Shown in pieces: positions 60,869 through 64,000 of a stretch of 64,000 nt of DNA; the first letter of the stretch is position 1, and each line of letters opens with the position of its first letter. Below the pieces are notes generated by a model that had not been told where the DNA came from, did not search any database, and was given only the letters and a program-made list of their open reading frames with translations. The DNA comes from Chlorokybus atmophyticus (Eukaryota; Plantae; Mesostigma and Chlorokybus algae). Location of the stretch: the NCBI GenBank assembly GCA_009103225.1, contig RHPI01000818.1:1-64000 (forward strand), written 5' to 3'. The position numbers and the translations under genes are program-made.

Positions 60869-63560
60869 ATGGAGACCAGCAAAGCAGCTTTGGTGTCTTG
60901 CGGGAACAAGGCGTGTGGGGTGCCGCTTTCTGAAGTGTATGAGGGTTGGCCGCGCAGCTCAGGACAGCCTACTCCACTGTGCAGCAAGTGCAGGTCAGCA
61001 CCATTCATAACTACACCTTGCCAGCCGTAGTCTGCGCGCATCTTAATACATCGCATGGGTAGGCTATGTACATTAGCAAATTCACTTTGCTTTACTCTGC
61101 TGGCTTCAATATGTTCGTGTAGCCATTGGCATTGGCCTCATCAGAACTTCCGCTGCATTGCATGCATGAAGTGCATATTCTGCTTTGTAGCCAAGTGTAG
61201 TTTACGTGCAATGGCATGTGGTTCGGGGAGCGGAGCGTGATGCATTGCTTGCTTGCGTTTTCAGCTCACTCTTTGAAGCTGGGACCTTCTGCGAGGAGTA
61301 CCATCAAGAAGAGGATGGATGGCGCTCTTGTGTCACCTGCCAAAAGGTACATGGCACTTTCATTGTGCCGCCATGGCGCAGTTCTCGTCTTTCAGTAGCT
61401 GACATGTGCATGTCGCACTTGGATTGCGCAGAAGTTGCATTGCGGCTGCATTGTCAGCTCTTCCAGTTACTTGTTTGACGATGCTGGCGGCGTTCAGTGT
61501 GTCAGCTGTCAAGTACAGAAGAATGGACCGGTAGCAGGAAGCAGCGGCCAAGTTGCCGAGGTCAGGACACTGTCCATGCTCATGACTTATCAATGCGGCC
61601 ACTGAGCCAACCCAAACTCACGTGCCCTCATCATGCCTGCTGCAGAATGTGGAAGTTGTCAGCACTGGAGGCGAGGGCAAAACAGCAATGCGGCGTCCCA
61701 CCGTGCGGAGGCCACGTGAAAGAAGGCTTGTACCACCAGCTCATGTCACTGTGCCACAGCCATCAGGACAGCCTCATGAGGAGGGGTCAGCATTGGACGG
61801 CTTCCTGAAAGCAGCCACAGCGCAGGTTCTTGAGAGCCCCAATGGCATCTTGCAGCGCAACGCAGCATACGTCCTTGCAGAGGGCCTGCCGCAATCTCAG
61901 CTGCCACCAAGGCCTCCTCCTCCTCCATCTGAGCAAGCGCCGACAGACACGGAATCAGATCAGAAGACAACATCTTCAGACAGCAAGGTTACAAAGGAGG
62001 GTGCCATCCCAACAGCCCAACAGCGGTCAAGGCGCAAGTCGAAGGCACGCCAATTCAGGTGTGGCACCTTGTTGTGGCACGGTGCCATCTATGCCTCTGT
62101 TACATGCTTACTTGACAAACATGAATGCTTGAATAGGACGGAGTTCATGGATGCAGTGTCCTGCGATGATCCTGTCAGTCAACCAGTGGCACCCATACCA
62201 AAGAACTCGCGGCCACCACAGCCTCCTTTGCAAGCTGCCCTTCAAGGCAACCGCCGCCTTGTGTGTCTGTTTGAGAAACAGCTTACATCCAGTGACACTG
62301 GCAAGCTAGGGCGCATTGTCCTTCCAAAGGCGCATGCAGAGGTTAGTCCAGTGGGTGCTGCAAGTTTCTGACATGGTCTTAAAAACCAGATGTCATTGCT
62401 TATGGAATGGCTTGCGCACAGCAACACCTTCCGCGCATTGATACACCTGATGGCCGAGCGCTCCAAGTGACGGACACCAATGGGCGCAGCTGGGCACCGC
62501 GCTTCCGCTTCTGGCCAAACAACAACAGCCGGATGTATCTTCTCGAGGGCATAACCGAGATATTGCATTCTCTTCACCTTCAGACAGGAGACTCAGGTGT
62601 GGACGTGCTCCTTGTCATTATGTCATTGCTGCTCCTCATACTGAGTGTGCAGCCGCTGACATGTTGTTTCCACTGGCAGTGACCTTCAACAAGGACGTTG
62701 TGACCGGCAAGCTGGTGATTGGCGCACGAAAGGTGAGCAGCAATGCTTGTGCTATACTCAGGCATGTTGTACATGAACGAACACAGTCCTTGGGGTATAC
62801 GGCTCAGAAGTTTTGAAAGGGTTTTATTGCTTGCAGCGAGTGCGTGGACCAAACGACCACATTCCACTCCCTCTGGACCTAGACAAGAACAAGATGGCTG
62901 TTGGGTCCATTAAAAAAAGCAAGTTGTCAAGCGGTGTCTCCAAGAAGTCCAAACGTGATAATGAGAACATGCCCCTGGATATGGCAGGGGAGTACTCCAA
63001 CAAGAGACAAAAACTGCACAGTGGTTCTCTCAAGTCCCCAAGGCTGCCGCCTACCGTCACGATCCTTGACGGCTTCCGGATAGAAGAGTACATGGTAAGC
63101 ACAAGCAGAACATAAGCAGCTGGCCAAATAAGTTGACATGGTGATACTAACGCTGAATGCCCATTGGCAGGCTCGCCCATTGCTGCGAGACATTCAGGCA
63201 CAGCGCTTGGCGCTTGAAGGCACACCCCTGGCTACGGGTGTCCACTGAAACTAAGATATTGCAACTCAATGGCAGTCCCATTGGCAGGCAACTGCAGCAG
63301 CGTCTGTATGCTGAAGCAGTAAGGAGTAGAGTTAATATGCAGCCATGAACCATTGTCAGCAACCCTGGGTGTGCTGACAATGCGGGTGCTGCTGCTTAAC
63401 ATATCAGAATTAGGTCTTATCTAGCAGCAGTTAGCCAGGTTTGTATTTATATGCAATTGTACAGGAAGTCCTGCTATACCATGCGATGCTGCCAGTCCGC
63501 TGCTTAGAGTGCTCAAAGGTTCTGGTACCTTGTGGAGCGTCAGCTGCGCGGGCTGGTAAC
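60869..63560 (+). CDS. VAL: VAL/HSI2-like LAV-family B3 transcription factor (N-terminal PHD-like domain and B3); 3' end not resolved
   Basis: CGNKACG...[41 protein letters not shown]...GGVQCVSC and B3 LFEKQLTSSDTGKLGRIVLPKAHAE...FRFWPNNNSRMYLLEG. Confidence 0.9.
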
Positions 63561-64000
63561 ACGTGCAGTGGTGTAGTAGGCACAATTGTGGACGGGAGTT
63601 TACTTAAACCTCCTTTCTAAATGCGCTTTATTGCTGCCCAGAGCTTTTCATGTGAGTATACGAGCTTAGTTAAGTTGGACGGGCAAGCAGTAGGCAGGTT
63701 GCAACACACGTTTCGTTGCACCAACACCCTGCCAAAACTGTGCTCAGCCATTGCTCACCACCAATGCTAGCATGATGAACCATTAGCAACCACACATAGG
63801 ACAAGACAGATTATACAACACCTACATGTAAGCATCATGATGCATTGGATGGCGTACGCTAGTTTCCGCAACCATTTGACTCCCTACATGAAAGCAGAGC
63901 CGCCACAATCAGTGCTGCCCACACGTGTTGCCAATGTAGGCACGTATCGCAGGTGCACTCAGCATGAGGGCGATGCTTATTACATGATTGCTACGCTCCT

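Overview
Intron-rich eukaryotic DNA with four N-gaps (7183-7252, 41455-41919, 42554-43144, 50785-51310). It is most likely from a streptophyte green alga; this is inferred from the VAL-type PHD-like+B3 gene, the plant-type RAD5 and the DNMT-bearing Ty3/Gypsy element. There are four host genes: RAD5 (18.4-23.3 kb, +), an Spt7-like bromodomain/histone-fold gene (47.0-51.9 kb, -), snurportin-1 (52.2-54.7 kb, +) and a VAL/HSI2-like B3 gene (60.9 kb onward, +). Most of the rest is nested mobile DNA. This includes a Ty3/Gypsy-like element whose pol carries a C5-cytosine methyltransferase, RT, RNase H, a DDE integrase and a PHD finger, plus a chromovirus remnant and a full-length decayed Copia element. 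There are also two copies of a ~490-bp TRIM, a MULE-SWIM element with YqaJ and KOW cargo, an unclassified TIR transposon with a related MITE, a LINE 3' fragment and a second decayed PHD-Gypsy. The strongest candidate for an undescribed system is the end structure of the DNMT-Gypsy family. Instead of two LTRs, it ends in split repeats (A-GC-B-A) joined by a palindromic GACA-GC-TGTC junction. A second family member at 27209-29157 is integrated as B-gag-A with TGTC...GACA ends and a perfect 4-bp TSD. This points to a DDE-integrase retroelement with a DIRS/Ngaro-like split-repeat layout that may integrate from a circle cut at that junction; the mechanism is inference. All alignments and counts were done by eye.
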